NCBI GenBank assembly: GCA_951406725.2
Contig: OX597821.1
Location: forward strand, 115,444,001-115,508,000
From: Octopus vulgaris
Lineage: Eukaryota
Direction of reading: 5' to 3'
DNA length: 64,000 nucleotides
Both the position numbers and the translations under genes were made by a program. Below the pieces are notes generated by a model. That model was not told the DNA's origin, made no database searches, and worked only from the letters and a program-made list of their open reading frames with translations. Position 1 is the first letter of the stretch. Each line of letters opens with the position of its first letter. This document shows, piece after piece, positions 40,008-51,855 of this stretch.

Positions 40008-42095
40008 ATATATTTGGAGATGGTCTTTTTTTCTGTGAATTAACTACATGCACTATATACTTGTTCTTCACTTCAGTTTTATTATTATTATTCTTATTTT
40101 AGTGTCCTTCATCTGAAATCTTTTGTCACACATCCTGTGACCTCTTCAGTGACTCTCAACAGGAGAAGACACATGGGATGGTAAGTTGCTGAAAAGATCA
40201 CTGGATATGTGACAAAAGATTTCAGATAAAGAACACTAAAATGGGAATAATAATAATAAAGCTGAAGTGAAGAATGAATATATAGTTTGTGGTTATTTGG
40301 CAAAAAAAAAAAAGAAAAAGAAAATGACCATCTCCAAATACAAGTACTAACACAAATTTATGTTATGATAATAAGATTTATATGATAGGATGAATAAAAA
40401 ATGTGAGCTATAACAATCTTAAAGGGAAGACAAGTAAAATCACTTTATCATGCCACAAAAATTTGATTTGAAAATGTAAGACTCACATGTTCTCTATGAA
40501 ACAAACCTTTAAAATTTTCTTAAACCTGAGGTTTTGTATAAGTCATAAGAAATTATATTTTTTCAAGACACATCATTTAGTGTGTGTGTGTGTATGTGTA
40601 TATATATATACACACACACACACACTAAATATATGGTGGTCTGTAATTTTTTTTTTTTGCATAGTTGGACTTTCTGTTTATAGCATAGAAATCTTATGAC
40701 TTTTAAAGTGGTGTGCGTAATATACCTATTCTGAAGCGCATTTATTTATTTTGTTTGAGTGGACGTTAAACAATGATGATGATGATTTGGTAATTCAAGA
40801 AAGTCTAGTCAAATTTTTACATTCCACATCATTGCAGGTCCCAGTTTTAATTATGCTGTTTCCATCCACCATTACTGATCTAATTTTTTCTTATTAGGAA
40901 AGAAAATTATTTATATGTATTTTTAGAATGATTTTGGCTAAGTTTTCATGACTAAATAACCTTTTTATATTGCCAACTACTGGTTTATTATAACATCACC
41001 ACTAGTGAAGTTAATTTATCAAACATAAGGCACAAAACTAATCTTAATAGAGTTAAATACAGTGATTGGGGAATTTTCTTAGTGGTTAGGTAATGTCATT
41101 CTCTGGTCAAACAAGCAATTTGGACAACTCTTAACATTTTAGTCTTGTTAACTATCGTCATGGCAATGTAATCTTCAGTGCTTCTTGCTAGCTACTTATT
41201 ATATAGACATGTTCTTAAAAAAGTATTGATTTTATTTCAGTCTCTATTTGTTTTGAAGTATCATCTTTACTATGATGTAGAGAGAGCTACATTTCTTTTG
41301 TGAGTGAAGCCCCCTCCCCACACCGAAAAAAAAAAAATGAAAGTAAAATAGTATTCTGTGTTTTTGTCTCAAAGGTTTTTCCTTGCTTATTTAATGACAA
41401 TAATGAAGGGTACAGAGAATGTTTTAAAAATATTCTGAAATTTTTTGTTTTGCTATCACTACAATATGAGGTACACATCCAGTGTACATTAATATGAGTG
41501 ATCACATAACCAACATTACTTATACTGCATAATTTCTAGCCCTGGCCTTAATTTACAGCTGATACCATAACCTTTCATTGAACTAAAGTTGATGAAAATA
41601 CTTAATCATTATCGAGGTTCAAATTCAGGGTTTTTAAATTGCTTACTGTCAACTGCACTGTCCAAATCTACCACTTAATTTTTACATAACTTATATTGGT
41701 TTCATTTTAAATTCAATTAATTCTGCCTGTTTTGGGACATATTATTATTAGAGCTTAAAACAATTACTATAACTTAAAACAGTGGAAATTTTTGACAGAT
41801 TTGGTTGCAGTATTAATGCATTTGAGTGTTTTATATCATGCATATACAACTGTGGGAATTAGGACCAGAGCAGGCCTCCCAAGCTCCTATGTTCATGAAA
41901 CTATTTAACTCTCCCCTATTATATTTATTTTATTGACAATTGAATGGTAACCTTCACTTGGTATTGGTTTACTAAAGTTACATGCTGGCATTTCTATTTT
42001 TTTATCATTAATCTTTTATTTCTATATTTACTTTCGTATATAGCTTTTATCAATTACAATAATAAATTTTATTTTATTTTATTTTTTTATTACAG

Positions 42096-42187
42096 GAATC
42101 CAAATTATAATGTGTTTGGTGGTAGCCCTTATTTTCAAAGCTTAAGTGCATCTGGACCTGTGTCGATTTCAGGTTTTAGCCAAACAA
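42096..42187 (+). CDS. MLLT10: AF10/MLLT10 coding exon
   Basis: Long poly-T tract, tacag|G AAT...ACA A|gtaagt. Encodes NPNYNVFGGSPYFQSLSASGPVSISGFSQT. Phase 2 to 1. Confidence 0.8.
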
Positions 42188-43537
42188 GTAAGTCCCTGTC
42201 TTTTAATGTTTATCTTTTTTAATTTTCTTATGTAAGTTCAGATAATTTTTCAAATCCAATTATTTACATTTATTGGTTTAGATATCTTTATAGCTAAATG
42301 TTTTCCCCTCATAGAAAATTAGAGAAATGAAATGAGAATGGTACATGCTTTTAGGTATCATGAATTTAAAAATAAAAAATTGAGAAAGGACATTTGAGCT
42401 GTAAAAGACTCGTGGAAATTATGGAAGTTGTAAAAATTATTGTAATGAACTATTTAAGTTTCTTCAATGGAAACTGGACAACAGATAGTATCACATCACT
42501 TTTATTCTTATCATTGTTTGGTTTATTTATTGAACTCTGTGTCAGTTATTTGGAAAATATGAAAGAGTTCACCTCTAATAAATTACAGGTATTCCATTTG
42601 CAAGTGTGATTTGAACTGAGTGACTCAGTTAATTTATCTGGACAAGTCTTGTAGTTCATTTTCTAATTCATACTGAGAGGTCTTCATCCCCAGTCACTGT
42701 CAGAAAGAACAATATATAGGCCATCGATTGGTTAAAATTCGAAAAATTAAACTACGTTAAACTTACAAATTACAATTTTCTCAAGAAAGCTAAGAGAAAA
42801 AGATGTTTTATTTTGACACATTCTACCAGTATACGAAGATTAAAAGTGTTTAGTTAACTAGAAATTGTGTTGAAAACTGCCGTCAAAAGGAAAAGATCCA
42901 AAAAGTCTAATTCTTCAAATCCATGTGACACGGGTAATGCTAGGTATCTCTGCTAGTATATAGATAGATACATACATATATATATCTCATCATCATCCAG
43001 TGTTTTAAATCCAGGTTTTATCCCTGTTAACGAGGGTGGCTGGATCTACCTCAATGCCATAGCAACTGCAGTAGGCAGGTGCAGCCACCCCAACCTTTGG
43101 GCGGACTGGCTGGTGCCCATTCTCCTTTGCTATCATGAGGCTTTTTGGAGCTGGATTTTCTGTGGGGAGCATGCCCTTGCTTACTCCCAACCTCAGTTTC
43201 TAGTCATGAGTGGTCCCTGTGACCAAGGCCTCTACTACGATTTTTAAGAAATGTAGTGAAAAGCTAGCTAAGAAAGGCAGGAACACTACTCTCTGAGGCC
43301 CTTTTGGAACCCAACCGCACCTATATATATGTGTATGCATGTATTGCCATGATTGATCTCTAACTCCACAAATCTTTTTATTCTCTCTGTTTATTTCTTC
43401 TCATTCTTTTCTGTTGAAGAGCCTAGGCTCAAAACGTAAAAGACTTTTTGACCTTCTTAAGCATCAAACTAACACACCTGCTTGTTGTTTATACACCTGT
43501 CTTCATCTTTTGTTTTTCTGTAAATTTCAACTATATA

Positions 43538-43571
<34 letters not shown>

Positions 43572-44445
43572 TGTGGGCATGGCTTTGTCATAAGAAGCTT
43601 GCTTCTCAACCACATCGTTCCTGGTTCAGTCCCAATGTGTGGTACCTTGGGCAAGTGTCTTCTACTATAGCCTTGGGCTGACCAAAGCCTTGTGAGTGGA
43701 TTTGGTTGACGGAAACTGAAAGAAGCCTGTCCTATAATATATATATACATATTTATGTGTGTGTATTTGTGTCAGGCCAACCAAAGCCTTGTGAGTGGAT
43801 TTCTTACACAAACTGAAAGAAGACTTGTATATATGTGTATATTTGTGTGTGTTTGTTTGTACCCCCACCATCGTTTGACAGCCGATGTTACTATGTTTAC
43901 GTCCTCGTAACATAGTTGTTTGGCAATGGACACTGATAGAATAAGTACTAGGCTTACAAAAAACAAATCCTGGAGTCAATTTGACTAAAGGCAGTGCTCC
44001 AGCATGGCCACAGTCACGTGACTGAAACAAGTAAAAGAATGAAAACTATACCATTTTAATCTCAAGCAGTGCTGAGTATCTTTGCTAGTATATATATATA
44101 TTGTATATAACACCAAGTAAATTAGGGGTTGTGGATCCAACTCACTAAGGGATAATATTTATCCAATATACTGTTGGTATAATACCCTGTTATTAATACA
44201 CAAGTGTTTTTAATTGCAATGCAATTAACTTACTTATTGTATTAAATGGGTGAAGGTAAAGAAATATTTTACCATTAATTTATATTGCAAATAAGAAAAT
44301 GAAGAAGCACATTAGTTGGTTCAACTTTAGGACATTAAAATGTTGACTTATTTATTTATCAAAACGACAACATACATATAGTATATTATTCAATGCATAT
44401 AAGATAAGAATACTAGTAGTTATTAAAAAACATGAATATAAATTA

Positions 44446-44581
44446 TTAAAATCACTTACAGCTGTTTCAGCCTATAGATAATAGTATCTCATTGTACATA
44501 TATTAGTCAAGTGTATTGAGGTGATAGGCAGTTGAAAACGAGGTACATATATATATCTCTAGGCCTCGTCAGAGATTTTAA
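44446..44581 (-). ncRNA. Type I hammerhead-like motif with long stem II insertion
   Basis: Minus strand reads ttaaaatct CTGACGA ggcctagaga...(~80 nt)...tctataggct GAAA cagctg TA agtgattttaa. Intact core, palindromic ACAGCTGT stem III, bulged stem I. Confidence 0.65.
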
Positions 44582-44631
44582 AGTACAATCATAAAAATAT
44601 AAATATAAAACAAAATACACACACATTTGAA

Positions 44632-44705
<74 letters not shown>

Positions 44706-45396
44706 CTTACATATATGGTTATAGACAATTAATTATATATACTGGAACATACATATACATCCATATCCATGAGTACATATATAATATTCAATTATTACTA
44801 ATATTAACATAAACCCTGTACAACAACATAGAAAGTGTAATTGTAAATATTATTGTTGAATTAATAAATAAATAGTTGGATAATTTAGTGACAATAAAAT
44901 TTTATATGGATTTCTACAGTATACACTTATTTGTATATATGTGGTTTTGATGATTCATCATTAAGCATGTATCAGAAAAACTGATGAATTTTAAAATTAG
45001 AAGACTGAATGTAATAAGAATGTAAACACATGCACATCGCTAGTATAGAAAGAATGCTTCTAATCTGAATGACCACACCATTCTTTACTCAATCTTGATT
45101 GAGTTAAGGCTTGAACCAGTAGACTCTAAACTCATCACAGCAACTGAACTTTACTTATTTTGAATCTTCCTATTGACTGATTTTACTGATGCAGACTATC
45201 ACCAATTTAAGAAAATAAAAAAAAAAAATTTTACCATAAAGTTTTGAAGTTGATCAAAATAGCGTAGACTTCAGTTGTTAATTTTCAGACCTTGCCATCT
45301 ACTTGTGGCTGGCTGTAAAATAAATGTCAATAAGTGTATATTTGTTTTTGTAATTAAAATCGTTCCCTTTCTGTTCAAATGTTGTTTCTCATTCAG

Positions 45397-45489
45397 ATTT
45401 GGAGAATAATGGTATATTGGCAACATCAGTTGTTACTGGATCCCATTTAACTTCAAATTTAGAAACATCTACATCACCAAACCTTACTC
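45397..45489 (+). CDS. MLLT10: AF10/MLLT10 coding exon
   Basis: attcag|AT TTG...ACT C|gtaagt. Encodes LENNGILATSVVTGSHLTSNLETSTSPNLT. 93 nt, phase 1-1. Confidence 0.78.
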
Positions 45490-46239
45490 GTAAGTAAACT
45501 TCCTTGTTGTGCATAAAGTATTTTATTATATAGATGTGTGCCTAGTAAATATGTGTACATGTACACATAGTTCCAGCTGTTATTGTAAGTCTTTGCCCTT
45601 GTTCTTGTATATTTTTCTGTGATTTGCTAGACTGATTATTTGCCATGCTCTAACTCAAACCAGTGCCATTTCATGAAGCATATCTATTCTATGTAGTGTA
45701 CAAGAGAGAAGACTATGCTGTTTTGGTCTTGTGGTGTGTATGGGTGAGAAAATTTGCATAAAAGAAGGGCTGATCACTCAAAGTAGCTGGAACTTGTGGA
45801 AGAGGGAAATCTAGAAAATCATGGGATGAAGTATTGAAGGCTGAACTCAAGGTGCTGAGCCTTATGGAGGAGATGACAAAGGACTGAGGTTACTGGCATC
45901 TTGCTGTGCTCAAGAAGACCCGTCTACCACAGCAGAATTGCCGGGCTCTGCTCCACCTCCATTCTATCAGCTCATCAAGCATTTTCCCCTCACATCTCAT
46001 CGCCTAACACTCATTACTTCCCTATGTATAGTACTACTGAGCAGTTCTGATCACCTGAGAGCAGAATAGGCACCATACTACATCCTTTCTTGTAAAAACT
46101 AAGCCAAATCAGACAATAGAGCTTGGCACTACCCACTGGTTTTCCTGCTCCTGTGACATCATCCAATCCATGCCAGCAGGGAAAACAGACATTAAATGGT
46201 GATGATGATGATGATATATATATTCACTGAATGTGGTAC

Positions 46240-46500
46240 CTAAGACTAGTTGCTAAATCACTATGTATCAAGGACCTCCTGAAGGAGAAAAGCCCCTCAG
46301 TCCTCTGCCAACACGCTCAATTAGAACATGTAGTTTTTGTTGACGACATGGATGCTAGGATCTTATCAACACATAAAACAGACACAACACTCAAACAGAT
46401 TGTGGAGACCACACATAATAGAAGATAGACCAACAGGAAACGTGAATGGAGTAATGACACCCCTCCACTTCACCACACTATGCAACCTGACAACTAAAAA
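46240..46500 (+). mobile_element. Possible Penelope-like GIY-YIG C-terminal remnant
   Basis: EKSPSVLCQHAQLEH...RILSTHKTDTTLKQIVET resembles the SVLxxH...H...RQIxEA tail of PLE endonucleases. Recognised by eye only. Confidence 0.4.
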
Positions 46501-46601
46501 CAGAACGAAGCAAAATAAAGGAATGACACACGCAAGACACACATACTAAAAATGGAACAAGAAAGAGAAGAAAAAATAAAACACCATTAAAATGATTTTA
46601 A

Positions 46602-47067
46602 TCAAATTCGATGACTGGCGTCCGTGCTAGCGGGGTGCAAAGAGCACCATACGAGTGTGATCATTGACAGAGCGGCTAACCGGCATCTGTGCCAGTGGCA
46701 CTTAAAAGGCACCATTCAAGCGTGATCGTTACCAGCATCACCTTACTGGCACTTGTGCTAGTAGAGTGCCAAGAGCACCATTCGAGCGTGATCATTACCA
46801 ATGTCGCCTTACTGGCACCTGTGCTGGTGGCATGTGTAAAAAATTCGAGTGAGGTCATTGCCAGTACCGCCTGACTGGCCCCCATGCCGGTGGCATGTAA
46901 AAGCACCCACTACACTCTCGGAGTGGTTGGAATTAGGAAGGGCATCCAGCTGTAGAAACTCTGCCAGATCAAGATTGAAGCCTGGTGCAGCCATTTGGTT
47001 CGCCAGCCCTCAGTCATTCATCCAACCCATACTAGCATGGAAACCGGACGTTAAACAATGATGACGA
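46602..47067 (+). mobile_element. SINE-like repeat, subfamily B
   Basis: Reverse-complement match to 33418-33912. Confidence 0.8.
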
Positions 47068-47826
47068 TACGCATACTAAATACAAACACACACACATATA
47101 CAGACATAAACACATTCATAGATAGTGATCCATACTACAGAAGGCAAAAATGGAATTAACAGGATAAGGAGAGGTGCTGATGAGTTCTTTTGTCACAGAA
47201 TTTGTGACAAAGGAACTTTGATGGACATAAACTAAAAATAATGCAAACAAAAACTAAAGTGAAGATCAAATAAATAATGTGTGTATGTTTAAGTGGCAAA
47301 AAACAAAAAAAGCCCCACCGTCTCCAAGTATAATAATACAGCATTAAATGTTTTTTCTAGAATATAACTAAATTTAACATAGGTTTAGTTAACAAATTTT
47401 TGAAAGCATTGCAATTTCTTTTTTTTTTTTATGTTTTGAATTTGTATTTTATATCTTGTGTAAAACACCATTAAAATGATTTTAACAACATAGATAATAG
47501 ACAATAAATGCTTTAATTGCTACCACTTGTTCATCTTTATACCAGTTGTTGTTAAAGCAAGACTATGACTGAAAAGTATTCCTACTTTTTTTTTTTTATT
47601 TCAAATGTATAGAACATAGCACAGTTATTTAATATCTTTTAAAGACATTTGTTTGTGACCTGGCTGCTAATTCTAGCTGGTCAAGCTTGTTAACTCCAGA
47701 AATGGGAAGATAAGTTTTAATGATAAAAAGTTGAACTGAAATACATTTCTAAAGTTGTATTATTGGAATTAGTTATAACTTTAAAAAATTTATTTATTTA
47801 CTTTTTCCACTTATTCTAAATAAATT

Positions 47827-48402
47827 TAGAGCAGTTGTATACTGTCAGCTTATCGTGACAGTCCTGTAAAGGGAATCACACCACTGCTATTTAGCCCTAG
47901 GAAGCATCGACGCTTCCTGTCGGCTTTGATACATTTCCTGTGTCCTTTTATGGGACTGTCACGATAAGTTGACAGTATACAACCACTCTATTGTTCCACC
48001 ACTGCTCATATCTCTCTGAGATATTTAGAAATTTAATATTTCTAATTTTGGGGATCAGTGAATAAACTTCACTGAAAATATATCTATTTGCGAAGGCTTT
48101 AGAAGCATCTTCAGCTAGCAGGCCATGCTACTCCAGACTGATGATGAGCAAGACTCAGAAATATGCATGTCTCTGGATGCAGGCCTAGCTGTTGGGGGTG
48201 CTCTTGTCTCCCCTTTGTAAATATAAGGACACAGGAAATGTGTCAAGGCCGACAGGAAGCGTCGATGCTTCCTAGGGCTAAATAGCAGTGAGTGTGATTC
48301 CCTTTACAGGACTGTCATGATAAGTTGACAGTATACAACCGCTCTATCATTCCACCACCGCTTATATCTCTCTCAGATATTTAGAAATTTAATATTTTTA
48401 AT
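47827..48402 (+). mobile_element. Hammerhead-containing partial-tandem element with inverted 5' segment (non-LTR retrozyme / PLE pLTR-like)
   Basis: Direct repeat 47953-48046 vs 48309-48402 (period 356 nt). 47827-47947 is the near-exact reverse complement of 48225-48346. The hammerhead lies inside the unit. Confidence 0.7.
48112..48191 (+). ncRNA. Type I hammerhead ribozyme (Penelope/retrozyme-like, palindromic stem III)
   Basis: Stem I TCCAGA/TCTGGA, extended by TGC/GCA, GGCC/GGCC and CAGCTA/TAGCTG. Core CTGATGA 48138-48144; stem II TGAG-caaga-CTCA; GAAA 48158-48161; near-palindrome ATATGCATGT; GTC cleavage triplet 48169-48171. Confidence 0.8.
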
Positions 48403-48430
48403 AAATGAAATTATTTTCTCTATTTAACAG

Positions 48431-48542
48431 CTCCACCATTAGCCAATGAAGGCACGTCTCCACTCAGTGTTGGCTGCCTTTTGGGACCACCAAAAATTTT
48501 CCCTTCGATTAACAGTGAAAAGCTACTAAATGAGAATGTAGG
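48431..48542 (+). CDS. MLLT10: AF10/MLLT10 coding exon
   Basis: taacag|CT CCA...GTA GG|gtgagt. Encodes PPLANEGTSPLSVGCLLGPPKIFPSINSEKLLNENVG. Phase 1 to 2. Confidence 0.8.
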
Positions 48543-49769
48543 GTGAGTGATTTATTTATCCATTTATTTTGCTAATTGACACTTTTCAATTATCTGTTGA
48601 GTTTCTTTCATTGTTTGCTTGATATAGAAACAAATTATTGATTCCTCAGAACTGAAATTTTATACTAAAAAAAACTTTGGCAAATAACTAGCTGTTTGCT
48701 GTAAGTGAAATATTTTAAGTGTTTCCAGAAGGATCTAAACTGTTACTTGATGCTGTTTCTACATACAGTCCTCTCGAATGATCTAATCAGTTTTCACAAA
48801 CCTTTCATCAGTCTGTCATTGTCAGTCAGGCACAGAAAATAGTCACTCTCTTTTGCATGGTTTTTCTATGACAAGGTGTTCAAGATATAATTATTTTGAG
48901 CTTAATCTGCTGTGTACATTTGTCTACATGCTGGTTGTCACATAATCCACTGACAAGTTTATTGTCTGCAATTGAGGAAGTGTTAAGAATGATGATCTAA
49001 CATTTGGGCCAATGCTTGTAACTGTTGTGATATTAGCAGTACCTATAGAAGCAAACAAGGATCTGGGCTATCTCCATGTAGAGCCAGAAACAGGTAACCA
49101 TATATCCCCCCCATCCTCCCAGGACATGGTTGGGCTGTTGCTGACCAAAGACTCCTCTCTTTGAGTATGTCTCTTTGGGAAGGGTGTGATGGGTAGCGAG
49201 AGCTACAGGCTGACTCTCCTCCATCAACCAGCAACTCTCCAACAGTGGACGAAGAAGCCAAAGAAGAACCTCTCATATTGTTATGGCTTGATGTTCCTAA
49301 CAGTTATGCTGGCAGTTAAGGGAAATGCCAGATGGAACTGGCTGTGAAGGCACAGTTCGACCATAACTTAGAATCTGTGGCAGTCTGTTGCAGTTTCATC
49401 TTTTGATCCTGTCTGTCTTCTCTTTTATGTACTGCAGAAGCTCTTGAAACCTCAGTGCACGGGTCACCCTGCAAGTTGTAATCCACCTTAATCAAACCCA
49501 CACCATCTGCTCTCTTCCTTTCCATGACTTTGGAATTTCGGTTTCTACTGTTTGTCTTACTTTCCTGCTCTTCTTCCTTCCATGCTTAAACCAAGATTTG
49601 TGAAGTCCAATAGGCAAAAGGATAAGGATAATGGGAGCAAATTTAGGTGATCTACAGGTTGGTGGGTGGCAGGTGTGTGATGTTGCCTTCCCAAGACCCA
49701 GTGACTACTCAGGATTCTTACTACCTGGTTGAGTAGCTGCACCCAGTGGGTCAGCATCCTTCTGCAACC

Positions 49770-51300
49770 AACTGAAACCCTAAGGCCAAAGTGAAACTAA
49801 CTGTAGGAACATGGAACATGAGAGCCCTTTTGGACACTGACAACTCAGACTGATCCAAAAGACAAACTGCATTTGTCTCTTATCTCCTCAGGCTCAACAT
49901 TGACATTGCTGCACTTAGTGAAACATAACTTTCAGATGGAGGAAAGCTTGAAGTGGCAGGTGCTGGAATCAAACAACTGTTTGGTCCTATAAAGTCATCA
50001 AATTGCATTCTACTTGTGGCACACAATGTTAACATCCTAGACTGCTGGGAGGAATATTTTTGTTTTGCTAAATCGCAAGTCAACAACAGCAAAAGACTTC
50101 CTGAGAAAATCCCTTTCTAACCCTTACAACTTTGGATGAATACTACTCTGTTGTATCAAGAGTTCCTGATGGCAGTGAAAAGTTTGAAAGTAAATAAAGC
50201 TCCAGGACTTGATAACATCCCATTTGAATTGCTGCAACTTGGTGGTCTACTGCTGCCAACTAAACTCTTCTAAAGATGTCTTTAATGATCTTAAAGATGC
50301 CGTCATCATTAGTATATTCTAGAAAGAAGATAGAAAATCCTGCAGAAGCTATTGTGGAATCTCCCTACTTGCTATTGTAGGAAAGTTCTTTGTTTGAATA
50401 CTCTTGAACCCTCTCCAGATCATCATAGAAAGAGTCCTTCCAGAATATCAGTGTGGTTTTCGAGCATCTCATAAAACCATAGACATAATCATCTGTCCCA
50501 GACAAACATGATTGTTGAGAGTAACAAAAATCCCATTTCCTTGTCTTCTATGATCTGGAAAATGCTTTTGACAGTGCACCGAGACCAGCCATGATGGATG
50601 GTCCTTGTTAATTTCATCTCCCTGATCCAAGCTCTCCATGATGGTATGACTGTGTCTTTTATCATGATCTCCTCTCAGAAGAACTCCCAATTACACGCGG
50701 ATTGAAACAAGGTTGCGTATTTGCTCCTATGCTTTCCTTCTTATACCTTACTGTGATGATCTGTGAACTATCTTTGGATCAGCCAGGTGTGGATATCAGA
50801 TATTGTTTTCATGGAGAACCCTTCAACCTGGTGAATTTTCGGTCAAAGAAAGTCACCAGTACCAAGTGAATCTCAGAACTCCAGTATGTTGATGGCAACA
50901 TGGTACTCAACCACTCATGTTTAGAACTGTATCAAGCTGTCGATAATTTCACCAATGCATATCAACATTTTGGGCTCACTGTAAATACTAAAAATATTCA
51001 AATTCCCACCCAACTAAATCTGAATTCTACCCTTTCAGACTTTGACATCATCATTTGAGGCACACTACTGGAGCAAGTTACCTTGGAAGTGTGCTCTCTG
51101 CCTAATGCATCTCTGAGCAAAATGTGGAACAAAGAATCAGAACAGTTTACTCAGCTCATGGTACACTAGCCAAACGTGTATTCAAAAACAAAGATTATAG
51201 TTTACCAAGCTTGTTGTTATATCCCATGCTTCTGTATGGTTGGGAAACTTGGGCTTTGTATCATTGCATCAAAAAACGTGTGTTCTAGGTGAAGATTGTC
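49770..51300 (+). mobile_element. Degenerate, internally deleted RTE-clade LINE
   Basis: TVGTWNMRAL (APE start), KAPGLDNI, GISLLAIVGK, GLKQGCVFAP, LQYVDG and LLYGWETW in broken frames. Confidence 0.75.
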
Positions 51301-51438
51301 CTCATTAGCCATGTTCACCACTAGCATTAATGGTCTGAATATTCGTCCAGGAGGAGAAATCAATCCTTGGATTCAAGGGATGAGCTGCTACCACCAACAG
51401 CAGATCCTCAATGTTCACCATATTTTTTTTGTGTGTGC

Positions 51439-51479
<41 letters not shown>

Positions 51480-51481
<2 letters not shown>

Positions 51482-51855
51482 TCGCAGGATGGCCTGCTGT
51501 GCTAGCCTTGGATCGTAGAGTGACCTGCTGTTCTTGAGGAGACCTATTGAGTCAAGTACATCAAAATAAAAATTCAAATGGAAATTGCAGTTAAGACACC
51601 CATGCCGGTGACACGTAAAAAGCACCGTCTGAATGTGGCAGATGCCAGCGCCGCCTGCACTGGCCCCTGTGCCAGTGGCACGTAAAAAACACCTACTACA
51701 CTCACGGAGTGGTTGGCGTTAGGAAGGGCATCCAGCTGTAAAAGCACTGCCCAATCAGGCTGGAGCCTGGTGCAGTCTCCATGGCTTACCAGACCCCAGT
51801 CAGACCGTCCAACCCATGCTAGAATGGAAAACGGACGTTAAATGATGATAATGAC
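51480..51855 (+). mobile_element. SINE-like repeat, subfamily A
   Basis: Shares its upstream extension (ttgaggagacc.attgagtcaagtacat) with the 2370-2722 copy. Confidence 0.75.
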
